44,149 bases of DNA from an uncultured Gammaproteobacteria bacterium (GTDB lineage Bacteria > Patescibacteriota > Microgenomatia > UBA10105 > UBA927): contig CAZEVT010000001.1 in assembly GCA_964515005.1 (NCBI GenBank), positions 376,720 to 420,868 on the forward strand. The letters are read 5' to 3'. Of the stretch, positions 34,731-43,442 are shown one piece after another. Both the position numbers and the translations under genes were made by a program. The number at the start of each line of letters is the position of its first letter. Position 1 is the first letter of the stretch. Under the pieces are notes generated by a model that made no database searches, had not been told where the DNA came from, and saw nothing but the letters and a program-made list of their open reading frames with translations.

Positions 34731-34817
34731 GATCTATTTATTGTACTCCTCTATTCATAAAGTCAACTAGGAGGGTTGTCTATTGACCAATGATTTTTCA
34801 CGATGTAGATTGAAGTT

Positions 34818-35111
34818 ATGTTGACAAAAATAGATATTAAACAACTTCTTACCGCCTTTAAAGAGGTGTTTCAGACGAAAGATGAAGCTCAAATGCGGCA
34901 TGATGCGGTAATCATTAAATTGAATACTATTGAAAAACGCGTCAGTAATGTAGAGCATGATGTAACTTCATTCAATGAGGCAATGGTGCCTATTTTAGGT
35001 AATCTCCACGAGTGGACAGATGAAATACACAATGAGGTTGTACGTGAAAAACTTCTCAAACGCGTCAAACGATTAGAAAGACATCTCGGTGTCCCCACGC
35101 TAGTTGGCTAA
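34818..35111 (+). CDS. Small coiled-coil hypothetical protein
   Basis: 97-aa ORF, heptad-like, ending RVKRLERHLG. Confidence 0.7.
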   Translation: MLTKIDIKQLLTAFKEVFQTKDEAQMRHDAVIIKLNTIEKRVSNVEHDVTSFNEAMVPILGNLHEWTDEIHNEVVREKLLKRVKRLERHLGVPTLVG

Positions 35112-35148
35112 TGCCGAATTTCCCGTGCTTCTGTGCTAAAATGCTGGT

Positions 35149-36939
35149 ATGAACCAAAAAAACATTAGAAATTTCTGTGTCGTGGCACACATTGACCATG
35201 GGAAATCAACGCTCGCCGACCGCCTGATGGAGATGACGGGGACGGTTGCCCGTCGTGACGCGCGGCCGCAACTTCTGGACAGCAACCCGATTGAGCGTGA
35301 GCGGGGGATTACGATCAAGCTCGCGCCGGTCCGGATGAAATACAAAGAATATATTTTAAATCTCATTGATACTCCCGGCCATGTGGATTTTGGATACGAA
35401 GTCTCCCGGAGTCTTGCGGCCTGTGAGGGGGCGCTCCTCGTCGTTGATGCGACGCAAGGGGTGCAGGCCCAGACGCTTGCCAATCTCCATCAGGCCCGCG
35501 AGCACAATCTCACCATTATTCCCCTGATTAATAAAATCGACATGCCGACGGCGAGGATCAAAGAGACGGAAAAAGAAATTCTCGACATCGGATTTAGAAA
35601 AGAAGAGATCATAAAGATTTCAGCAAAAACCGGGGAAAATGTCGACAACGTTTTGAAAGCGGTTGTAGAAAAAATCCCTCCGCCAGCTGGCGGATCCGAA
35701 AAACCACTGCGTGCCCTCATATTCTCGTCACAGTATGATACACATAAAGGCGTCGTGGTGTTTGTCAGAATCGTCGACGGAAAAATTCCGTTCTCGTTCG
35801 CCACTAAACTTCAATTTATGGCTTCCGGGGCGTCAGTAACGCCTGTGGAAATGGGGTATTTTATTCCTCATATGCAGATGATTGGCAATGGAGACAATTT
35901 GGAGACAGGAGAAGTAGGGTATATCGCAACCGGTTTAAAAGATGTTCGATTTGCAAAAGTTGGTGACACGGTAACCCTGGAACATGTTCCAGCTGCGGGT
36001 CCCTTACTCGGATACAAAGAACCCAAGCCCATGGTGTTTTTGAGTCTTTTTCCGCTTAACGCGGATGAATTTACCGACGCCCGTGAGGCGATGGAAAAAT
36101 TGCGCCTCTCCGATAGTGCATTCACCTTTCGACCTATTTCGTCTCTTGCCCTTGGCAACGGATTTCACTGCGGATTTCTGGGACTACTGCACGCGGAAAT
36201 CGTACAGGAGCGGCTCTCGCGGGAGTTTAATTTGAATATGATTGCAACGGCTCCGAGTGTGGAGTACCGGTTGCGGACTACGAGCGGGGAGGAGATAACG
36301 ATCCAATCCGCATCGGAGTATCCGGACCCGTCGGCAGTGGCCCAGTCCCGCGAGCCGGTGATGAATGTGACGATCTATACGCCGAAGCGCTACGTCGGGG
36401 CGGTGATGCAGCTCTCCCAGGAGAAGCGGGGAGTATATGTTGACTTGACCTACCAGGCCGAGCAGGCAGAGTTTACCTATCGTATTCCTCTCTCGGAAAT
36501 GATTATCGACTTTTTTGACCGTTTGAAGAGTGTGACCGAGGGGTACGCGAGTTTGGATTATGAGTTCTATGACTACCAGCTGGTCGACGTAGTCAAGATT
36601 GATTTTTTGGTGAACAAAGAAAAAGTGGATGCGCTGTCTTTTTTAGTGGTACGGGAGCAGGCCCATGCCAGAAGCATTCAGATTACCGACCGGCTGGCCG
36701 CCGTCATCCCCAGACAGCAATTTGAAGTGCCCATTCAGGCGGCAATCGGGGGCAAAGTCGTTGCCCGGTCAGACGTGAAGGCATTTAGAAAAGACGTGAC
36801 CCAGAAGCTCTACGGCGGCGACCGAACGCGCAAAGACAAACTCCTCAAAAAACAAGCCAAGGGTAAAGCAAGAATGAAATTAATAGGAAGAGTGCAGATT
36901 CCGCAAACGGCATTTTTTGAAGTGCTGAAACGAGAGTAG
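35149..36939 (+). CDS. lepA: Elongation factor 4 (LepA)
   Basis: IRNFCVVAHIDHGKSTLADR, ERERGITIK, DTPGHVDF, NKID, GFLGLLH, LYGGDRTRKDKLL. Confidence 0.98.
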   Translation: MNQKNIRNFCVVAHIDHGKSTLADRLMEMTGTVARRDARPQLLDSNPIERERGITIKLAPVRMKYKEYILNLIDTPGHVDFGYEVSRSLAACEGALLVVDATQGVQAQTLANLHQAREHNLTIIPLINKIDMPTARIKETEKEILDIGFRKEEIIKISAKTGENVDNVLKAVVEKIPPPAGGSEKPLRALIFSSQYDTHKGVVVFVRIVDGKIPFSFATKLQFMASGASVTPVEMGYFIPHMQMIGNGDNLETGEVGYIATGLKDVRFAKVGDTVTLEHVPAAGPLLGYKEPKPMVFLSLFPLNADEFTDAREAMEKLRLSDSAFTFRPISSLALGNGFHCGFLGLLHAEIVQERLSREFNLNMIATAPSVEYRLRTTSGEEITIQSASEYPDPSAVAQSREPVMNVTIYTPKRYVGAVMQLSQEKRGVYVDLTYQAEQAEFTYRIPLSEMIIDFFDRLKSVTEGYASLDYEFYDYQLVDVVKIDFLVNKEKVDALSFLVVREQAHARSIQITDRLAAVIPRQQFEVPIQAAIGGKVVARSDVKAFRKDVTQKLYGGDRTRKDKLLKKQAKGKARMKLIGRVQIPQTAFFEVLKRE

Positions 36940-36953
36940 GTTGATGCCTAGTC

Positions 36954-37679
36954 CTACCGTTTTATTATCTTCCTGCGGGTTATTTTTTCCATCAAGGCAA
37001 TCAAAACACGTATAAACAGTAATCCTGCGATATTGAGCACGAACACGATTCCTAAACTTTTGGTGAGGGCGTCAAGAATTCGGAGGAAAAAAACAAGAAC
37101 CGGCCCGGTGATGCCCACGCGGATGCCGGCGATATAGGCCGCAGTGCCAAGAATGGCGATAGCCAGAATAAAAGGGATGAACCCTTTGAGATCTTCTTTC
37201 GAGGAGAACATGGAGTTGGAGACGGCCAAAAGAGCATACATAGCGAGGAGCAAATAGTAAAAAGTCGGATTGGAGTACCAGGGGAGCTCGCTTACTATGA
37301 GTGTATTCCAAAGACTGGGAAGAAAATAGGAGAGGGCAGAAATGGTAATCATGCCCACAAATACCGGGGCAAGTCCCACGGCATAGCGGCGAAACGGATC
37401 CGTGGCAGCAATCATCACCGAGCCCGCCTTAATTTCTTCTTCACGGATGTTTTCGGGAACCAGGGTGAGTTTTCCTGTCTTCACTCCCAACACTTCCGCG
37501 GTAAACAGGTGCGAGAGCTCATGGATGACCGTGCCGGGAAAATTAAGAATGGTCACCACCATCACGCCCGCCGTGCGGGAGCGAAAGAGGAGAACCGTGA
37601 GGTCATACAAGCCTTGTGTGAGGCGTGCGGCAAGAATATAGAGGAGCAGTAGCTCGCCGAAAAGAAGAAATAATTGCAT
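36954..37679 (-). CDS. Membrane metalloprotease-like protein (M50-like)
   Basis: PGTVIHELSH (HExxH) within a multi-TM protein; GLAP motif. Confidence 0.7.
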   Translation of the reverse strand: MQLFLLFGELLLLYILAARLTQGLYDLTVLLFRSRTAGVMVVTILNFPGTVIHELSHLFTAEVLGVKTGKLTLVPENIREEEIKAGSVMIAATDPFRRYAVGLAPVFVGMITISALSYFLPSLWNTLIVSELPWYSNPTFYYLLLAMYALLAVSNSMFSSKEDLKGFIPFILAIAILGTAAYIAGIRVGITGPVLVFFLRILDALTKSLGIVFVLNIAGLLFIRVLIALMEKITRRKIIKR

Positions 37680-37760
37680 GATAATAGTATAGAGTCAGGG
37701 CGTCTATGTATCAAGCGAGGCGAACAATTATCGACCTCGCTTCAGTAAAAGTTTTCTTCG

Positions 37761-39014
37761 TTACGATAACGCAAAGGTTTTGAGGATTTGACGGGAGAAG
37801 TTTTCTCGAACCGCGCGATTTTTTACGCTTCTTTTAAGAAGAATATAAAAGCGCTTGGAAAGGTTTTTCCATTCAAACTTCCGTTGAATGGTCGTCCGAA
37901 ATCTGTGTGCCGTCGCCCGGCGCGTGTCAGCGTGATCAACAGCCCAGAGCATCGCCCGGCGCATATCTGCTTCGTTTTTTTGGTCAATCAGAAGACCAGT
38001 TTTGCCATCGGTGAGTGCTTCCTCAACGCCTGCATTTCGGGTTGCAATGACAAACGCTTCCGTGGCGCCGGCCTCTAAAATGACATTGGGGAATCCCTCA
38101 TTATGGTGGGACGGGTGTACGAAAATATCGGTGGCACGCATAAGATCACGGACCTCGCGTGCATCAAGAGCGCCAGTCGTAAATATCCGGTCCGTCAGTC
38201 CATCTTTTTTGATTTCTTCTTGAATGTCGCCGAGTAGGTTGCCGGGACCGGCAATGACCACGTAGGTCCGGCGGGGGAATTTGGTTATGCTGTCGCGTAT
38301 CGCCCGGTAAAAATAGGTCATACCTTTGGACCAGATGACGCGGCCGGCATACGAAATGATCGTATCGGCATTGGCAAACGTTCTCCCCACATGCGGAACA
38401 CGGCGTTTAAGTCCTCGTTTTGGGCTAAAATACGCGGCATCGACCCCGCCGTATGTAAGATACACGGTTTTTTTTATCCCCATAACATTTTTTAAAAACC
38501 ACCGTGCGGATTTATTTGTCGCTGTGATATAGTCGTATCGAGAAATGGACCACTTTGCAATTGTCTGATCAATGAGTTTGGCAAGTATGGTCACGTTTGA
38601 ATTGCTATGGACCGGATGGGAGGCTACGTGTTCGGTAAATATGCTGGTGGCTCCGATGAACTTTGCATACATCCAGGCCCACCAGGTTGCGTCAAAGAAC
38701 CGGATATGGGTATGGACAATGTCATAGGAATTCTGTCGGTGCGCCAGGAGCCATGAGAGAAGGGCAAAAGGGTTGGGAAGGGCAAACTGTCCCTTTAGAA
38801 TGTGCCAGCAAGGGATACGATAAATGGTCATACCGCGATGCTGTTCTTTACTACGCACGTTATCTGTGTTGTAGGTGAGAACATCAACCGTTACCTTTTT
38901 ATACTTTTTTAAAAGGTGCGCGTAAAGTTCCTCCATATACCGCTGGGATCCGCCTTTATGCGGATGGAAAAATGGAGAAATAAGGAGTATGGAAAGATCT
39001 TTTTGTTTTTTCAT
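37761..39014 (-). CDS. Glycosyltransferase family 4 (GT-B)
   Basis: PHKGGSQRY, YAGRVIWSKG, DIFVHPS..EGFPNVILEA, DGKTGLL. Confidence 0.93.
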   Translation of the reverse strand: MKKQKDLSILLISPFFHPHKGGSQRYMEELYAHLLKKYKKVTVDVLTYNTDNVRSKEQHRGMTIYRIPCWHILKGQFALPNPFALLSWLLAHRQNSYDIVHTHIRFFDATWWAWMYAKFIGATSIFTEHVASHPVHSNSNVTILAKLIDQTIAKWSISRYDYITATNKSARWFLKNVMGIKKTVYLTYGGVDAAYFSPKRGLKRRVPHVGRTFANADTIISYAGRVIWSKGMTYFYRAIRDSITKFPRRTYVVIAGPGNLLGDIQEEIKKDGLTDRIFTTGALDAREVRDLMRATDIFVHPSHHNEGFPNVILEAGATEAFVIATRNAGVEEALTDGKTGLLIDQKNEADMRRAMLWAVDHADTRRATAHRFRTTIQRKFEWKNLSKRFYILLKRSVKNRAVRENFSRQILKTFALS

Positions 39015-39760
39015 AGTGCCGCCTTTTCCATTGTCCCGGTAAGCAGATTTCGAGTTGCCATGACGGGATTATCCACGGTAAACCGGCGCTTTATAATATA
39101 CCACGCATGTGCAAATCCTGTCACAAAAATACGCTGTTTACTGACTTCATGTTCGCGGCTAAAGTGTGCGATGTGGTATTCGCTTGCGTGTATTTCCGGA
39201 TTGGTAAGTGCGGCGAGTTTGATCTCAGGAGAATAGTTCCAATCGCCGCTTTTGACATGTAAATTTTTGAGTGACTGGCTCCGGCCTACCCACATACCGG
39301 TTAAAAGGTCATGGGATTTTTTGCCGTACAAAAGACGTACTTCGAGATTGAGAATCTGGATGCCAAGCCTGCGGATCCAGGATATCGCTTTTATGTTCGT
39401 TAGAGGTAATCGGTTGCAAAAGACTATATCCAAAGAGTACTTTTCCATATATTTGACGATAGCTTGAATGCTGCGCACCGGGTAGGTATCGTCGCCGTCC
39501 ATAGCCACGACATAGTCACCCGTAGCTTTATTCAGGCCTTTTTGATGGGCAAACCCATACCCGATACCGTTGACACTTCTCTTTTCGGCAATCACGCGTG
39601 CTTCGGCCCGTCGTGCGGCCGCAACCGTGCCGTCTGTCGAATTATTATCAACAATGAGTATCTCATCTACATACTTCGGAACACGTTTAATAAACGCATC
39701 AATAATGCGGGCTTCATTTTTCACCGGGACAACAAGTGAAATTGTTTTATTTCCCATCAT
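39011..39760 (-). CDS. Glycosyltransferase family 2 (DPM/polyprenol-phosphate type)
   Basis: ISLVVPVKNE, VDNNSTDGT, GYGFA, MDGDDTY. Confidence 0.93.
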   Translation of the reverse strand: MMGNKTISLVVPVKNEARIIDAFIKRVPKYVDEILIVDNNSTDGTVAAARRAEARVIAEKRSVNGIGYGFAHQKGLNKATGDYVVAMDGDDTYPVRSIQAIVKYMEKYSLDIVFCNRLPLTNIKAISWIRRLGIQILNLEVRLLYGKKSHDLLTGMWVGRSQSLKNLHVKSGDWNYSPEIKLAALTNPEIHASEYHIAHFSREHEVSKQRIFVTGFAHAWYIIKRRFTVDNPVMATRNLLTGTMEKAAL

Positions 39761-41166
39761 ATTTTAAAAATGACAATGCTTGAATTTCGATAGACTTCTT
39801 GGAAGCCTAACTTTTTAATATAGAGTTGATCATTCATCGATAAGGCGTTTGGACGCCAGATATTAAACGCAATGTTCATCTGGTCTTTGGGGTCAGCTGC
39901 AAGCCATTTCATGGTCCGGGCGCTTATTGCCAAAAGAGTTCCGTGACTCACATGCATGCCTAGCAGATTTTGGCGGCTTTCCGAAGTCATATAGGCTCCG
40001 CCCTGCGTGTCGATCCCCGAGAGAGGTTCCAGAATATATTGCGTTGCCGGGTCAGAAATGAGAAACGCATGTTTATAATTCTCTCGTAAAAATTCGGCCG
40101 CGGCACGTTCGTCGCCGGAAACGTGCGAAGCGATACCGCGAAATACCACCGGGTTTTTCCATTGGGAGGTATTGGTTATAAAGATAAGGCCAGCGGCTAT
40201 GGTGAGGGCGGCAAGAGCCAGGTAGCGGCCCAATTTCGATGTCACCGGGCGCAGAAATTCACCTATGCCGATTGCCATGACCGCAATCATTACATACCGG
40301 ATGATAACCATAAACTTCAAAACATACGGGAACGGGGAGGCCAATAACCCAGCAGAAGCTGCAAGCATAAGAACAAGGCTCCGGTTTGCACGTTTCAAAC
40401 CCAACAGGAGAAAGGGAATTGGGAGAAATCCGTACCAATGACGAAAGAGTTCAAGTTTCTGAGGCAAAGTTTGATTGAAATATTGGGCTTCGCCGGCATT
40501 CAACTCTGTTAGTCCAAAGTGACTGGCAATATACGTAGGTATTGCGTAGCTTGCTATGAGTACAAGCGCCCAATGTATTTTGGGTTCTACGGCCATAGTA
40601 AACAGGAATAAGGCACCCAGTGCCCCGACTATCGCATGAAAGGGGAGGATAATAAGAGACGTGATGAGCGCAACGAGTAGCTTTTCCCGTTTTGTTTTTC
40701 GAGTTGCAACAATCGTCATTCCGATAAGCCACATGAGCGCGGCTACGGTCTGTGGAAGCAGAAACAGCGTAGTGAATGCAACTGCTGATTCAAAAAGTCC
40801 AGCCGAAAGAACTCCGCCGGCAAAGGCAGCGAGTTTATTTTTGGTTAGGGCATAGACGAAACCATAGGCTGCAATGGTTGTAAGGACGAAAAATATTCCC
40901 TCTGCAATCCACCAAAATCCGAGGACATTTTGGACATTTAATATCGTTTGTAAACCGGCAAGAATGGTATGGAAAAGTGTCGTATATCCGTCAAAACGGA
41001 ACGTATCAGACAATTGTGAAGGGAGTAAAGCAAACGAACCGCCACGGATGGCGTTTATCACAGTCTGATGTTCCAAGATGTCCCAGTTGAGCGGACTCGG
41101 GTATGGGCTGTTCCACCGCCAAAGAGCATAAAAAATTATAATGATAATGACGAGTAATTTTTTCAT
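39757..41166 (-). CDS. Polytopic membrane protein, possible GT-C glycosyltransferase
   Basis: About 11 TM segments, WD in the first outer loop, soluble C-terminal domain; overlaps GT2 and the upstream gene by 4 nt. Confidence 0.65.
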   Translation of the reverse strand: MKKLLVIIIIIFYALWRWNSPYPSPLNWDILEHQTVINAIRGGSFALLPSQLSDTFRFDGYTTLFHTILAGLQTILNVQNVLGFWWIAEGIFFVLTTIAAYGFVYALTKNKLAAFAGGVLSAGLFESAVAFTTLFLLPQTVAALMWLIGMTIVATRKTKREKLLVALITSLIILPFHAIVGALGALFLFTMAVEPKIHWALVLIASYAIPTYIASHFGLTELNAGEAQYFNQTLPQKLELFRHWYGFLPIPFLLLGLKRANRSLVLMLAASAGLLASPFPYVLKFMVIIRYVMIAVMAIGIGEFLRPVTSKLGRYLALAALTIAAGLIFITNTSQWKNPVVFRGIASHVSGDERAAAEFLRENYKHAFLISDPATQYILEPLSGIDTQGGAYMTSESRQNLLGMHVSHGTLLAISARTMKWLAADPKDQMNIAFNIWRPNALSMNDQLYIKKLGFQEVYRNSSIVIFKI

Positions 41167-41642
41167 ATATTGACGGTATCGTGCACAATAATTGTTTTTA
41201 TTGATCCTTCAATTTGTTTTTGATTGATATCAATGTGCATATTTGAACCCCTCAGTTCGAGCATTCCTGGTATATGTGGGTTGACGAGATAGATTGCCTC
41301 CGGAAGAGTAACAGTACTTACTTTTTTCATTCGCAGATAATCAATTTGCTCTTGTGGCGGATCTGTATAAATAGCTGTTGCATCAAAGATAATATCGTCA
41401 CGGCTATAAACAATTTTTGATAGTGCATCTATGGTGATCACTCTCCCTTTGACGCTAAACCCGGTTGCGTCTACAAACTGCACATCCGCGTGTTTCCCGT
41501 CTTGATAAATGGCGACACCATAGGGATTTTTGCTGATTTTGTAATAGCCAATAGACGTTTCCGGTTTTGGCCATGAAGGAATACCGGCAATACCGGTAAG
41601 GCAAAGAAGTATAAAACCGATGAAGGTAAATATATGTTTCAT
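41163..41642 (-). CDS. Hypothetical exported protein
   Basis: N-terminal signal/TM; first gene of a four-gene overlapping operon. Confidence 0.75.
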   Translation of the reverse strand: MKHIFTFIGFILLCLTGIAGIPSWPKPETSIGYYKISKNPYGVAIYQDGKHADVQFVDATGFSVKGRVITIDALSKIVYSRDDIIFDATAIYTDPPQEQIDYLRMKKVSTVTLPEAIYLVNPHIPGMLELRGSNMHIDINQKQIEGSIKTIIVHDTVNI

Positions 41643-41736
41643 AGTTCGTTCCCGAAGGCAATGATGTCTTCAGAAACGAACTAGGCATAACAGGGTGTCA
41701 AAATGACAATACACCTGGAAGGTGCAGCCTAGAATC

Positions 41737-41930
41737 GTTGACCTTTGGGGGTCGGGGTTTGCTTTCGCGTTTGCGTGTGTTGGCTAGATGCCTTATCAGA
41801 CTGGTTGTCCTCGAGGATTTCTCCCTTCAGCAGTCATACGGTAGGTAATCCGCCCATGGTCTCAATGACCATCAATGTACGCATAAACGCTTCGGCGGCG
41901 CCCGACCCTTACGGATCAACTGAGTGGCCA
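41737..41930 (+). ncRNA. Candidate structured non-coding RNA, family unknown
   Basis: Nested long-range helices GGGTCGGG/CCCGACCC and GCGTTTGCGTGTGTTGG/TCAATGTACGCATAAACGC enclosing smaller hairpins; TAGAAT at 41730-41735. Confidence 0.45.
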
Positions 41931-41946
41931 CGGTGGCCTCTCAGTT
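41928..41946. terminator. 3' arm region of a hairpin at the end of the lipoprotein gene (hairpin spans about 41918-41946)
   Basis: AACTGAG-TGGCCA-CGG-TGGCC-T-CTCAGTT abutting the TAA stop; no U-tract. Confidence 0.4.
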
Positions 41947-42682
41947 AGCGCGCATCAATGGTGTTGATGTTTGCCGAGCGGTCGTATGGACCCCACCAGA
42001 CCAGACTCTCATGAGTCGGTGCAGCGGTTGTGTAGTCCACAGTGATGGTAACAACGCCGGAATCCGGAAGGATCACAGTGATGTCGCCCATGTCGGAGGT
42101 AGCCTGCGTTACGGTCTTACCCGATGCAGTCACGATGGTTACCACAGATTCGGGAGCGATGCGGACGTTGATTGCCGCTGGCAGATTGCCGTCGCCCATG
42201 AACTGCGATTTCCATTGGCCGGTCGTTAGGACGCCCAAGCACCAAGTGAGATGCGTTGAAGTGCCCCTATAGACGATCTGCCCGGGATTTCCATGGCTGG
42301 TCCAGTTGCCGCCGGAGTTAGATCCGAGAGCAAGACTCATGAACCATGAATCGGCTCCGCCCCAATTATTCGCCTGGTTGAATAACCGCTCGTTAAAGAC
42401 GCGGTGGAACCATGCGTTGGCCGAGGCGAGCTCGATCTTCGTTTTGGGCATTGCGTCCAAATTGCCAGGTGCGGCAAAAGCGCAGCTGCCTGACACGACG
42501 GGTGCCGAGTCATTATTGACGGGATCCGAAGCAGGTTGGCCGGGATCACTGTTGACCACGGGCGCTGCGGTAGCGGGAGTGTTTCCGGAGCTGCCTATGG
42601 GCGCGTTCAAGTTGCATCCTGCGGCCAGAAGTGCGGATACGAGCAATACGGTGAAAAGAGTTTTGTTCATCTTGTTCCTCAT
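41945..42682 (-). CDS. Lipoprotein of unknown function
   Basis: MRNKMNKTLFTVLLVSALLAAG-C lipobox; Pro/Ser-rich linker; ATG 42682 overlaps the upstream TGA (ATGA). Confidence 0.8.
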   Translation of the reverse strand: MRNKMNKTLFTVLLVSALLAAGCNLNAPIGSSGNTPATAAPVVNSDPGQPASDPVNNDSAPVVSGSCAFAAPGNLDAMPKTKIELASANAWFHRVFNERLFNQANNWGGADSWFMSLALGSNSGGNWTSHGNPGQIVYRGTSTHLTWCLGVLTTGQWKSQFMGDGNLPAAINVRIAPESVVTIVTASGKTVTQATSDMGDITVILPDSGVVTITVDYTTAAPTHESLVWWGPYDRSANINTIDAR

Positions 42683-42975
42683 TTTCTCTTTTTTACCTCG
42701 GGGCGAGTGTTGCGGCGCCACCAGAAGTAACCTCCGATCGACAGCACCAGGCCGGCCAAAAGCCAGGCGGCCAGCAAGGGGTCGATCGACGCGATCACCA
42801 CGAGGGTGATGAGCGCACCGAAAATCATGGCGCGCAGCGGGACCTGGCGGCGTTGAAACCACCAGTCGGACCACTTGTCCGGAACCAAAAGGTCCCATCC
42901 AAGGTCGTAGGCGGCCAGCATGATCAAACCAATGATCAGATGGCCCCATGTTAGGGTGATACCAAACACGTTCAT
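42679..42975 (-). CDS. Small membrane protein (3 TM)
   Basis: GGAGG SD before ATG 42975; hydrophobic segments; basic C-terminus. Confidence 0.75.
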   Translation of the reverse strand: MNVFGITLTWGHLIIGLIMLAAYDLGWDLLVPDKWSDWWFQRRQVPLRAMIFGALITLVVIASIDPLLAAWLLAGLVLSIGGYFWWRRNTRPEVKKRK

Positions 42976-43364
42976 TTTTTGTTCCTCCAGATTAGTTTTG
43001 ATTAAACCCGTTTGATTTGTGCACGAAAATCTAATGTGCATCCAAGGTGGGTTTCGAACCCTGATTGTTTTTGAAGAGTGGATCCACTCGAAAGACCATG
43101 TTCGATCTTCCCAGTGGATCCACCCAAAACCAGTGATTCAACTCACCCTTTTTGGAGAAACGTTACCCTTCCGCTTCGCTACTCCGTAAAACTATGTAGG
43201 CTATTTTCCCTGTTATGCCTATGTTAAAGTGCTTGTTAGGTGATTCAAATACATTGCGCATTTGCAACGCTTTAAATACCAAATCAACCCAGGTATTGAA
43301 CCCGGGAAAGAGAGTATTCGGTCCTGCCGTACCAAATACCCTCATTCCCAAGATCAAAGCCCAC

Positions 43365-43390
43365 AAAAAACCGGCAATCCCTTGCCGGTT
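43365..43390 (-). terminator. Intrinsic terminator of the 43443-44078 gene
   Basis: Minus strand AACCGGCAA-GGGA-TTGCCGGTTTTTT. Confidence 0.85.
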
Positions 43391-43442
43391 CGTTAGTTAA
43401 CTTTTTTTTCAGCGCCCGGCAGGATGCTCTATGTGCCGTGGA

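Noticed and set aside
41780-41860. SAM-I riboswitch or hammerhead ribozyme
   Set aside because: CTTATCAG..CAGCAG lacks the SAM-I P1 partner and core order; minus-strand CTGATAA-GGC..GCC-AAC lacks the invariant CUGAnGA/GAAA core.
43040-43070. tRNA gene (GGGTTCGAAACCC T-loop-like sequence)
   Set aside because: Only a 3-bp stem, with no acceptor, D or anticodon arms.
43200-43230. Second dif-like site (CTATGTTAAAG resembles a XerD arm)
   Set aside because: There is no matching XerC-type arm ending in ATAA six bases away.
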